From: Takakia lepidozioides | Taxonomy: Eukaryota; Plantae; Bryophyta | DNA: 64,000 nucleotides | Direction: 5' to 3' | NCBI GenBank assembly: GCA_030704615.1 | Contig: CM060732.1 | Coordinates: forward strand, 3,224,001-3,288,000 | In this document: positions 26,771 to 38,528 of the stretch, one piece after another | How the letters are laid out: each line of letters begins with the position of its first letter | Numbering within the stretch: the first letter of the stretch is position 1 | Translations under genes and position numbers: made by a program | Notes under the pieces: model-generated | The model's database searches: none | Told to the model about the DNA's origin: nothing | The model's input: the letters and a program-made list of their open reading frames with translations, nothing else

Positions 26771-27207
26771 TGGCCTACGTCCGAAGTACAATTTTCGGAG
26801 CTTGCGACGATGTCTCTTATGTGGTGCACGCACTCCCTCCCTCTCAAGTTCGAGCATAAGATGAACAGAGACAGGGAAAAGGGGCGAAGAGTGTAGATGG
26901 AAAGGGCGCGAGAGGGGTGACTGAGGAGACACGACAAAAAAAGATGAAACGGCGGTGATGCACCACTTCGGTTCGAAAGGGCTGGACGAAAGTGTCTCCT
27001 CGTGGACTTTGCGACATTACAAAATTCGAAACGTTCAGGGTACGCCTACCGTCCGAAAAACAAACATCATTATCCAACGGTCAGGCCGCGCCGGCTCATG
27101 CCACTTAAGTCAGATAGAGTGCAGACATGTGCCGCAATTCCGTTGCTCCACGTGTGCACATTTCAAGGCATTTCCGTCCCAGCGTCTGATGACTTGGAGT
27201 GAAAATG

Positions 27208-28880
27208 CAAATGCGGCGCCGCATTTCCGTTAAGTACCATCACGAAGCTACACATCCGTACTTGTTGGAAGAAAATGCGGCACCGCATTTCCGTTCCACC
27301 TTCACATACCTTAGTTGTTGAACGGAAATACGGTGCCGCATTTCCGTCCCACAGCTCCATGCCTGAGAAACAAAAGGGAAATGCGGCGCCCCATTTCTTC
27401 TGGAATGTCGAAAGGTGCGATTCGGACGGAAATGCGGCACAGCATTTCAGTTCCCGTGTTTCATGATTTTCAATCTGAACGGAAATGCGGTACCGCATTT
27501 CCGTTCCACCTTCACATACCTTAGTTGATGAACGGAAATGCAGTGCCACATTTCCGTTCGGGAAAGTATAAAGGTCTCACCTGAACGGAAATGCGGTGCC
27601 GCATTTCCGGTCTGGAAAGTTTGAAGGTCTCATATGGATGGAAATGCGGCACCGCATTTCCGTCCCACAGCTCCAGACCTCATATACAAAACGGAAATGC
27701 GGCGCCGCATTTCCGTTCTGGAATGTCGGAAGGTGCGACTCGGACGGAACTGCGGTGCCGCATTTCAGTTCCGATGGTTCACGATTTTCAGTCAAGACAG
27801 AAATGCGGTACCGCATTTCCGTTCTGGAGAGTATGAAGGTCTCAAACGGACGGAAATGCGGTGCAAAATTTTCGTCCCTCTGCTCCATGCATGAGATAGA
27901 AAACGGAAATGTGGCGCCGCATTTCCGATCTGGTATGTCGGAAGGTGTGACTCGGACGGAAATGCAGTGCCGCATTTCAGTTCCCGTTGTTCATAATTCT
28001 CAATCAGAACGAAAATGCGGTACTGCATTTCCGTTCTGGAGAGTATGAAGGTCTTAACCGGTCGGAAATGCGCTGCAACATTTCCATCACCCGGCTCCAT
28101 GCCTCAGATACAAAACGGAAATGCGGCGCCGCATTTCCGTTCTGGAATGTCGGAAGGTGCGACTCAGACGAAAATGCGGTTCCGCATTTCAGTTCCGATG
28201 GTCCACGATTTTCAGTCAGAACGGAAATGCGGCACCGCATTTCCGTTCTGGAGAGTATGAAGGTCTCACCCGGACGGAAATGCGGTGCAGCATTTCCGTC
28301 ACTCGGCTCCATGCCTCACATACAAAACGGAAATGCGGCGCCCCATTTCCGTTCTGGAATATCGGAAGGTGCGACTGGGACGGAAATGCGGTGCCGCATT
28401 TCAGTTCCCATGGTTCACGATTTTCAGTCAGAAAATGCGGTACCGCATTTCCGTTCTGGAGAGTATGAAGGTCTCACCCGGTTGGAAATGCGGTGCAGCA
28501 TTTCTATCCCTCAGCTCCATGCGTCAGATACAAAACGGAAATGCAGCACCGCATTTCTGTTCTTGTATGTCGGAAGGTGCGACTCGGACGGAAATGCGGT
28601 GCCGCATTTCAGTTCCCGTGGTTCATGATTCTCAATCAGAACGGAAATGCGGTACCACATTTCCGTTCCACCTTCACATACCGTGCTTGTTGGATGGAAA
28701 TGCGTTACCGCATTTCCGTTCTGGAGAGTATAAAGGTTTCCCCCGGACGGAAACTCAATGCCGGTTTTCCGTCGCACTGGTGCATGACTAAGATGCAAAA
28801 CGGAAATGTGGCGCCGTATTTCCGTCCAACAGCAATCGAAAGTATCACTCCGGACGGAAATGCGGAACCTCATTTCCGCA
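27208..28880. repeat. Array of about 32 palindromes (22-bp core) at a 53-bp period with a 212-bp higher-order unit
   Basis: Core starts counted at 27481, 27534, 27587, 27640, 27693, 27746, 27799, 27852, 27905, 27958, 28011 and 28064; spacers recur every fourth unit. Confidence 0.95.
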
Positions 28881-29271
28881 TGCGGAACCTGAATGGGTTG
28901 CATTGTTCTGAAACAACACAATTGCGGCCTGTCTTGATGAGCACAACCTGGTTGTCTGACCGTTTTAACTAACAGTCCTGGTACTTGTCAGTGCGAACGT
29001 TCATGTCTGCACCGAGAATACTGCTAGATCCACCCTCAGGAGAAACTGTTAGGAGATGTTATTTCATCGCCGAATCGGCCATCATTGTCATACTTACTGG
29101 ATATGGAATCACACCTCCCACCTTCATGCATGTAGCTTGAAACAATACTTTCCACTTCAATGTGCGACTTCCAATCGTCGATGGACTCCGCAGATCCACT
29201 TACATGGTGCCTGTGAGCCTTGGTCTGTCGCTATACTGAACCTCGCACTTGCCAACTTCGTGCGGTCTTCC

Positions 29272-32200
29272 ATGGCTCCGAATTCCTACGCTATGGTTTG
29301 TTGTCCTCCGCAACTTGGGAGAGCCTGGATCCCAAACGAGGGAGGACTTTGCAGAGTGACTGAAACTTACCTTTGTTCCAAATTCAAGCTCAAACTCGGC
29401 ACAGTTTATTTGGAAGAAGAAAGGAAGGATGTTCCTGGACAGGTTGACGAGACCATTGTCGTGCTAGGTAACGACGGAGGTTGTGGAATCGAATGGCACG
29501 TACCCCCATCAGACACCATCCTGTACCAAGCTGTGGGAATGCCCATTCCCTTTCCGAATCAGTCGCTGCCCACACCATCCACAAAGGAGTCCGGAAACCG
29601 ACAGGCGGCCACTGCCAACAGAGAGGTATGCAACGATAATCATTCCCGACCTGGACCGTCAAGACCCTCCATAGCTTCTCGTGTGGACGTATTCGACATT
29701 TCCGACAAGGAAGATGAGTGCATTGAGGTCCCTATGTACTCCACATGGTCGTTCAAATCCGACATGGACGTCTCTGCAGGTGCTACGCATGTACCCTCGA
29801 GCATAACTCCAACCCGGTCCATTGTGCAACTCTTACGGCACATCACCTCGATGGTTCTCGCTCCGAGCTGGCTGCTCTCGACTATGCCAAATTTCCAGTC
29901 AGGAAGGTAACGTATTTGCCTCCCGAAGTCGATGGCAATGTCATCTTCGAGTTTCCACTTGTTACTTCGTCAAACAAAGCCTCAGGGATGTTAACAGACA
30001 TGGATCGAAAGCATGACGGACACCCCTGGTGTGTGACGAAGACCAGTAGCACAAAAATTGCTGATGGTGTTCGTGTACGATACGTCCTCTGTGCGGGGAA
30101 GCTGAGGTGCCTCAATCCCGCCTGCTTCCACTTTCTCTCCAAAGGAGGGCGGAGAAACGAGACGGATTGGACTGGCACAATGCATCATCCATTCATTGTC
30201 TCCAGCCAAGCTCCTGCGGGTACTTTCAAGTGCGCACATTGCAAAGAACCACTGACGTGCATGTCCATGTGCAGAGCCAAGCAATATTACGTTATCCATT
30301 TGCTCCCGGACTTGACTAGAGCTTGCATACACGTTGGGGTCCACTGCCACCCCTTGGCGAGAGACAACATGCGTGAGGCTGTGCAAGAAGCACACGACAT
30401 CATAAAAGAGGAGGTGAAATTGAGCCCCGGAGCCAGACCAAAGCAGATTCAGCTGAAGGCAGCCCACAAGATTGCTCTTGGCAAAATCATTTCTGAAGAT
30501 GGTTCAGACCGGGTGCCCTTGAACGAAGAGGAGATGCTTGACCTGTTGGAGTCCGTCTCGCACGTTTGTAGTCCGAATGTGCGGAATCACATCGTATCTT
30601 GCAAGCAGGAGTTCGGCTGGGGGTCGGATATGCACTCAATCTTGGAGGTGAAACGAATGACTGGATATGACTACATCCAAGGTAGCAGGTTTCCAGGGCA
30701 AGGCAGCAAATCCGATCGTTGTTACATTTTTAAAATGTCAACGTGTGGGCCTGGGAGTGGAGTCGACTTGGTCACTCGCATGACAACTGGAAACTTGTCG
30801 AATGCTTGGGTGATGTTTGATCACATCAAGCGAATTACAAACCATCAGTGGGTGACTATGGGTGCGCATGTTTATGACTATCACTCCAAGAGGCTCATGA
30901 CGATTGCAATCTGCGAGATGAAAGGGGAGGACACACAGTCAAAGATGCATCTGTGGGAGGGCATAAACGAGCAGATGGCAAGGGCGGGATTGCCAGAGCC
31001 CAATTTCAGGGGATTCATGGCAGACAACGCTTAGGCCAACTGGGGAGCGGTGCGGCGTGTGTACGGTGAGGACCCCAATGTTCCAATGGAGGGGAAAGAG
31101 AGATCCTGTGGATTCCATTGGATTCAGAGTCTATCTCACTACACTACCAAATTTGTTGCTAGCTCATTCCAGGCTGAACACCGTGTCCTTTGTACGGTGT
31201 GGAAGGATGCACCCACATTTGATGACGCGGAGGTTAAGTTTGCTATCATTGAGGCTTGGTGGAACACGTCAGGTGCAGTGGAGACAACCAATCTAGGAGC
31301 CTTGCACAGCTGGTTGGGGTGGTGGCATTTCCGGTATCGACGGTTCGGACAGTACATGCGGGAGGTATGATGCTGTCATTTTCGTGCAATTGTCTTTCTA
31401 TTACGGACCTTTCCATTGGTTCCTCACCATTGTTTGTGTCCTTGTAGGAGCGGTGCTTGGATTCCGACACGGACATGCCGAACACGAATATGGCAGAATC
31501 AGTGCACTCCTCCTGGCGAGTGTCTTCTGCCGCACATCTGGTGGACGTAGTGACGGCCACAACGGAGGACATCGACAGAGCAATCATGCAGCAAGCCACG
31601 TACTACAAGTTCCTGAGCGGGAAACAATGGGGCTTTGGGCCGAACAGGGAGGAATTGTTGGTACGAACAGCTTCGAGGTTGAAGAATCCACTGAAATGGG
31701 CGACAGCATTGCGAGAGAAGTTCAAAGGGACGCCTTTGCACCGCAGAGGTGAGCACCTAGAGGGGGACGTCCGTACTCACCTCGAGGGCCCGTCATGTTG
31801 CCACACAATGTGTCTTCCAGCAGTGGAAGCCCAAGAAATTCTAGATCGCCATCGCCTTCAAGCGGGTATTCCGTGCGAGAAATTCCCACCGCTCGCTTGC
31901 CCCAGATTCCGCCCGCTGTTATGCAATATGGCCAAGCCATTGTGGAGACGACTGTGTCTGCGTCACAGTGGAGAATTGCTCGCACAAAGCCGTCGTTTGG
32001 AGGCAGGTGTTCCGCAATTCGAGTGGATACACGGCAACGTTGTTTAGAGATGATAAGGAGGAATCCAGATGGTGATGTCCCTGCTCCTACTTTTACAGGA
32101 AGATTTGTCCATGCAAAGTTTGCGGAGGCGACAACCACCCAGTTCTGGTTCTGCAGGCACGACATTATGACTTGCGTGTATGGAAAGCACAAGTACGGCA

Positions 32201-32799
32201 TACAAACAATGCCAGAGGCTCCCCCGGTGTGACCGGTGGAACCAGGCTGCGATCTGAGTCAGATTGAGGCCGACGCCCTTACCGCCGCAGGATTTTGGAT
32301 GGTGCAGCGCACTGACGTCCCCAGACAACCATTTCCGCTTCCACAACCTCCACCACTGACCCCTATGAGAGCAAGAACAATGGGACCCGACAGCTCTAAG
32401 CATCCTACACATCGTTGGGGGAAACCGAAGAGGCGGCGACCTCCCTCAAAAGTGAACGAAACAAGGATGGGGAATGCACTTCGGATGAACTGTACAATCC
32501 AGAGCTCGACAGAAGTGCCCCCACCAGGCTTCGGGCGTGTGTATCAGATGGCCACGGCAGGCTCAACTGTTCGCAATGAGGTGTACACCATCACCATTTC
32601 AGAATTACCCACCTGCAATTGCACCGACTTCCAGATCATGGCGAACAAGGGGGCATCATACTGCCCTTGCAAGCATCTGTACTACGTGTACCTAAAGAGA
32701 CTCCGTTGTAATTCCACAACTCATCACTTCATACATGCACCAGGGTTGAGCCCCCAAGAGGTGCACACTCTTCTGAATATGGATCCAGGGGACCAGTGA
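29272..32799 (+). pseudogene. Mutator-like transposase: GCM-like zinc DNA-binding domain, MULE DDE core, SWIM finger
   Basis: DGHPW...CAGKLRC...C...CAHCKEPLTC..C...GVHCHP (GCM pattern); VMFDHIKR, GFMADNA, CGFHW, TNMAESVHS (D,D,CxxH,E); CNCTDF...PCKHLY. Intron at about 31365-31447; stops at 31032 and 32230; frameshifts. Confidence 0.85.
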
Positions 32800-33526
32800 C
32801 CTTGGCTTGCGGTCCCAACACTATGGTACGCCCATCCTTTTCGGATAGTAGAACTGTACTGCTGCAAGTAGCTCTGACTCTGGCCACAGAAAGGTCCGAC
32901 TTATGTCTTGCCTACCAGTAACCTGTTTTGCTCGAACTAAGATAATACTATGTCATTCACTCGTGTTTCCACGTACATGTATTTTTGTGTGTTGGAGGGT
33001 TCCTGTTTTTCTGCTCTCCCAAACTTTGCTTTCCTCATTCGACCCCCGGCAAGGAAATGCGCCGCATTTCCAAGTAACGTCGTAGGTACTGGTAGATGCG
33101 GCATTCACCAACACCAAACTGCCCAGAAATTTCGCACGTGCGAACCCTAATGCGGCACCGCATTTCCCAGTTGAGTCGCAAACCTTTCCCGCCGAATACT
33201 CCAAGATGACAGAATTGTGCATACTCTATTTGTTCAATCGCGGCAAAAGGGTCAGCTTCATTCCAATGTTAAGGCATGTAAAACCGCGGAATACTCTATA
33301 CAGGCCAGTATGCGACGTCCTTTTGCCGTGGTATACTGGATTTCTCATTGCACGGTCACTCATTTCCATGAGCGGATCTAAAAAACCATGAGTGGACTTG
33401 TTACTGACGACATATCTTCGCCGCATTACAGGATCTGGAACTTCCAAAAACGGCAAGGTCAAATAAAAAAAACTATTTATTTTAATACTTGTTTAATCTG
33501 CCGCATTTCCAAATTTGGAGGAGTCC

Positions 33527-33620
33527 GCTCATGAAATCCGCGTGTCTTAGACTTTGGCTCACCGCTCATGCGGCTCATGGCTCATGGCTCATGGTTTCTG
33601 CTCATGAAATAGTAAACCTC
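33527..33620 (-). repeat. Right terminal inverted repeat of family B
   Basis: Reverse complement reads GAGGTTTA-CTATTTCATGAGC...(CATGAGC)n. Confidence 0.7.
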
Positions 33621-33771
33621 CAAAATTAGTGAACACCCTGAACTCCTTAGCCGTGTAGGTGAGAGGTGTGCCAATGACTTTGGAATAGTGTAAGTATTTC
33701 CAGGCTTCATGTCCCTTAAAGAAAATATCCTCAGGGCCAAAATTCTGTGTTGCCAAATTGTTCCAAGCCGA

Positions 33772-34830
33772 ATCAACAGCCAAATTCTTATATGAAAACA
33801 TCATCACACGATTTGGTTGCCCATTGGAATTCGTCAGTGATCAAGGATCACACTTCATAAATGATGCTATAAAATGCTTGACGAAGGAGTTCATGATTGT
33901 ACATCACAAGAGTACTGCTTACTATCCTCAAGGAAACGGTCAGGCCGAATCTACCAACAAAATATTATGCACTATCTTAACCAAGATAGTAAATGCCAAT
34001 CGTACAGATTGGGACACCAAATTGAACACAACACTATGGGCATTCAGGACATCATATAAGGTGACCACGAAGCAGACACCATTTCAACTGGTGTATGGAG
34101 CAGAGGCACTATTACCCATTGAATGTATGATACCCACACCACGAACCGGAACTCATGAACGATGGGGCTTAGAAGAATCATTACGAGTCAGGGAATATGA
34201 ATTATTCCATCTGGAAGAAGTTCGAGCAGATGCCGCAGATAATATGGCACGGATCCAGGAACAACGAAGGAAAAGAATATCCGAAGGGAAAGAGAAATCT
34301 TTCTAGGACGGGGATATTGTATTATGGTTACCAAAAATCAAGAAGATCAAACTGGGCGGAAAATTGAAAATGCCATGGATGGGACCATTTCAAATCAAAA
34401 GGGTACATGACAATGGAACTGTTGATTTGCAAACCTTGGAACAAGAATTCGTGGGACGAATTAATATTAACAAGTTAAAAGGCTACCAGGGAATACATGA
34501 CAAAACCCTTATACATGATTTATACGCCAACGAGAAAGATCAAACTGAAGAGGAGGAGCGCGAAACCACCAATGCCTACTATATTCATCACGACATGGTG
34601 AATCAGCATGTACTAAGACAAGTGGCAACACGAATTCAGGGCACCACGGCGGCTAGACCACCATTTATCTGGAGGACAACATTACCACCCGTATACCGTA
34701 TGGTGAACCGTGGCCAGCACATATGCCCTACAGAACAGTGAACGAATACGAAACGGCCAACGAGTCATTGTTTGTGTTAAATTCCGAGATGTATGCTTCA
34801 GATCACCCCACCGACAGTGGTAATCATACA
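33772..34830 (+). pseudogene. Integrase C-terminal fragment of a sibling of the downstream Ty3 element
   Basis: Near-identical to 41232-42100; TAG at 34304 where the sibling has CAG; carries about 200 extra bp (about 34570-34760). Confidence 0.85.
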
Positions 34831-34965
34831 CCATGTCATTACAAAGAGTAGAAGTAAATCGTAAAAGTCAAATGTAAAAAAAATTACGTGGGTAAACGTC
34901 CGGATTCGACGTGACGTGACGGCCGACGTGGCAGCGCCACGTCACGTCAGGAATGATAACTAGGG

Positions 34966-35466
34966 AGCATAATATAAAAAGACTGCACGCAACTTAGAGG
35001 ATGTGTGCAATATGAGTATGAGTATCAGTGATCAATGTGTACTTCTGTGATGATGTGACGAATTCTGAAGTAAAGCCATGATATTCGAAGTATCTCTGTG
35101 TAGAGTGAATGTGAGATGGAGAGAATGTGCATTATGAGAGAACATGAGATGGTGAGAATGTGTATCATCTCAGAATAGTTCTTGTTTTATCTCGACTACC
35201 ATCTGCTTGTATGAACAAAGAGGCTTCAGTCTTTTTGACTAAGATCTTTTAGTCTAAAGAGACTGTAGATTGGGCTTAATCAATAGGATTAAGCAGCCTG
35301 CAGGGATATGGCTTTATACGACGTTCATGGTTTAGCTATCCTTAAAACGATTACTTCGTAATCGTTTCTAGAAGCATACCGTCGGACAACCTCTGTTGCA
35401 TGTCTTAGGAAATGGGCAGTAGTGTTGATAGCCTGTTTTGTCTAAGTCATAAACCAGCGGTTAACA
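34966..35466 (+). repeat. 5' LTR (portion shared with the 3' LTR)
   Basis: Aligns with 57972-58472 from just before TATAAAAA to GGTTAACA; the upstream U3 does not align. Confidence 0.85.
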
Positions 35467-35468
35467 TT

Positions 35469-35487
35469 TGGCGACCATACTGGGGAC
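35469..35487 (+). promoter_or_regulatory. Primer-binding site, tRNA-Arg-like (Tat/Ogre type)
   Basis: TGGCGACCATACTGGGGAC 2 nt after the LTR end; tRNA identity inferred from resemblance only. Confidence 0.7.
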
Positions 35488-35493
35488 TAACGG

Positions 35494-38460
35494 TATGTTG
35501 AGTTCAAAAGTACTCAAAGAAGGATGGTTACTCAGTGATTTCTTGAAATCACGACAGAACGAGTCAACAAAAGCAAAGGAATGGAAAACATTCCTGGGAA
35601 AATTTCATGGTTTACTAAGAGCAATACAACAGAAAATCTTTCTTTCAGTAGGGAAAGCAGATGACAAATGGGGATTGAAGGGAGGAGTGATCAGTATTAC
35701 ACGAGCACCTTGGGAATGTAGGATTAGAAGTGAAGAGTGGTTGTCTCGTCTAGCTCTATTGATTACTCTAATACCAATCATAAAAGTTTGCTACACTAGT
35801 TATATTTTCAGAGAAGGATGTTCAAATTATGAATATTGTCACACGATCATAGAAGCAGTAGAGTACTAGATACCCAAAGACTTATTGCAAGTCAGATACA
35901 CTGAAAAAGACAGATGGTATTATTGTGCCCATTAAAAGTTTGGTGATCAATCAGTAAAAAAGAAAATTAAGTCGTAATACGGATTCTTGCAAGATAGGAT
36001 AAATCTTGAAGAAATGGTAGAGACACTATAAATTTTCTTTACTGACATACCAAGACTGTTTAAAGGGTACCGAAAAGGAATTCTACATATGATGTGGGAA
36101 TGAATGAGGAAATTAAAGAAAAAATAAACAAGACAGAGCTGAACGAATAGAGAAATATGCTGCAGAAAGGGAGGCTCGGTTAAGAGAAGAATTTCCAGAA
36201 TTACAGAACTTGAAAATTATTCAAGGTGAGACATCAAACAGTGATAAACCAGAAGATCAGGAATTTGGATCGGTGGGAAGTGGGAACACTACACCAGAAG
36301 AAGTTGCCAGTAATGTGCTTGGTGAATGGTTACCACAAGAAAGATCTGAATGACCTTCTACAGTAACAAGCCCAAATCGAGGTTTTGCTGAAATATTAGA
36401 AGAAAGGTTTGAGAACATTTTGAGTGAAGAAGGTGACAGAAGTGAAAGCACTTCTCCAGAAAGGATAACCAGAACTGCACTCAAAGCTTTTAAAGATTCA
36501 TTAAGCTTAGTAGGGACAGCAGTTGGAAGACGACTATCATTGGGACAAGGACCTCCTAGCTTTGAATCACTGTTTGGAAGACAAACACCAACACCACCAC
36601 AGCCAGCAGCAGCGAGACTATCCCAGTTTGGACAACCAGTTGCACCAGCTGCACCGATGGCTTTAGCAGCAAGCAAAACCAGACCACCATTTCCTTTATA
36701 TGATGGGAAATCTGATCCAGATATCCATCTTAATCAATTTGAAAACATGTGCACCATTTACAATGAAGCAACAGACCAAGAGAAGATCTGACTATTTCCT
36801 TGTTCAATGGCCCGGAAAGGCATTGAATGGTTGGCAACTTTCTCAGCCAATCACTTTGCGAATTGGGCGGATATGAGAGCCGCGTTTCAAGAAAGATATA
36901 GATCCAACAAATCCACGTCTGAAATCTTCACAGGATTACGAAACCTAAGATAGAAAAAAAAAGAATTAGTAGTCGACTACCTGGAGAGGATGAAGACTCT
37001 GATCAGGAAACTACCTCAAGCACCAGGGGATGATTTGCAAAAATCATGGTTCATCAATGGACTTACGTAACCATGGTTACAGTCATGCCTAACAACACTT
37101 TGGCTGAAGCAGTAGGGACTGCAAAGAAGTTGGAATTGGGATTCCATCATAGCAGAAGCAAAGATTCCAAGGATCTCTTGGAGGAAGAAGACTCTGATGA
37201 TGAAGAAAAACCCAAGCAAAAGAAGAAAGAAGTGATTGACAAAACCACTTTGGATCAGAAGATAGCAGAGGCTATCAAGAATTTTAAAGATGAAGGGCCG
37301 CGAAAGGCAACATGGTGTCACAAATGCGGGACTGCATGGCACCTGGCAACGGAATGCCATATGAAGGACAAATACTGTGATATTTGTCAGATGAACAATC
37401 ATAATACCAACCATTGTATTTACAACCAACGGGCCAAGAAGACTGCGTACACACGAGAGGTGGGGGTACACCAAGTCCAAATCCGATGGGGAGGATCGGA
37501 CGAACCAAGACGATACAATATGGGTAATCGTTATCAGAGGCCACAAAATGAATATCCACCAAGGGATATGGAACATCAACCCAGAAACAAAGAAAGCACG
37601 AGATGCCACTATTGCAAGAAAGAGGGACACTGGAAACATGAATGCCAGTTGCGAATCAAGCATGAGGCAGAAGTGGGAAATATGGAAGCCGGACCAAGTG
37701 TAGCCGTAAGTGTGGTAACCCCTGTAGTGGATACCCTTGCGGTAACCCGAACTCAGGCCAAGCAACAGAAACCTCCAGATAAGGAGATTGAAAAAGAACG
37801 GAAACAATATCCAGAAAGTGCAGCATGGCAGGAGGAAATGAGCTTACACCAGGAAGTAAGTAAAGTCATAGCTCAAATGCAAGAGGGAACCCATATACCT
37901 TTTGGAGAGCCAACTCCAGATAAGCAAATCAGACCAACGGTGAAGACCATGAATATAACCACGGAAACAGAATTGGCTGAAGTAATCTGCCAGACCAAGA
38001 CCCAAATTACCATTGGACAATTATTAAAAATTGCCCCACACTGCAAGAAAACTTTATTTCGGGCAATTGAGGCATTGACCCCCACACCAAAACAAAAACC
38101 AACACCAAAGGTTTACACGATTAAACCCACAACTATAAGACAAACTCCAGATTACGACGAAGCAATACCCGTAATACAAGTACGTATTGGACGGAAGATG
38201 GTAACGAATGTACTCATCGATGGAGGATCCGGAGTGAATATCATGACAGAAAAGATGAAGAAGTCATTAGGATTGGGGCACATGGAACCTCCTCCATTCA
38301 CAGTACGAATGGCTGATCAACGAAAAGTACAACCATTGGGGATCATCAGACGACTTGCAATGGAAGTAGCAGGACTGGTATACGAAATATCAGTAACCAT
38401 TCTCAGAATGGAGGATGTGGCAATATTCACTACTACTTGGTTGACCATGGTTAACACAAG
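35494..38460 (+). pseudogene. Leader ORF / gag with three CCHC-like knuckles and aspartic protease
   Basis: YDGKSDPDIHLNQF; CHKCGTAWHLATEC, CDICQMNNHNTNHC, CHYCKKEGHWKHEC; VLIDGGSGVNIM; several stops and frameshifts. Confidence 0.8.
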
Positions 38461-38528
38461 CCCAATCACACCACGATTGGGGAAGTCAGACTCTCACAAT
38501 AAAAAAGGGAGCAGAACAAGTCACCATC

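Larger units (their letters stand above)
21030..33620. mobile_element. Right part of a giant Mutator-like element, family B (copy 2)
   Basis: ParB-MTase gene (-), palindrome array, GCM-MULE-SWIM transposase (+) and right terminal repeat. Confidence 0.8.

Noticed and set aside
27208-28880. CRISPR array (palindromic repeat with about 30-bp spacers)
   Set aside because: Spacers recur with period four, repeats are degenerate, there are no cas genes and the context is eukaryotic with introns.
27163-28972. Many overlapping ORFs with CGAAF / NAAPHF / MRCRIS motifs (also 13030-13938 and 21027-21559)
   Set aside because: These are translations of the palindromic repeat in all six frames, not proteins.
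10647-33620. A single intact element with a simple nested chromovirus
   Set aside because: No TSD, a diverged internal duplication, and the chromovirus lacks its 3' end; two copies joined by rearrangement is more likely.
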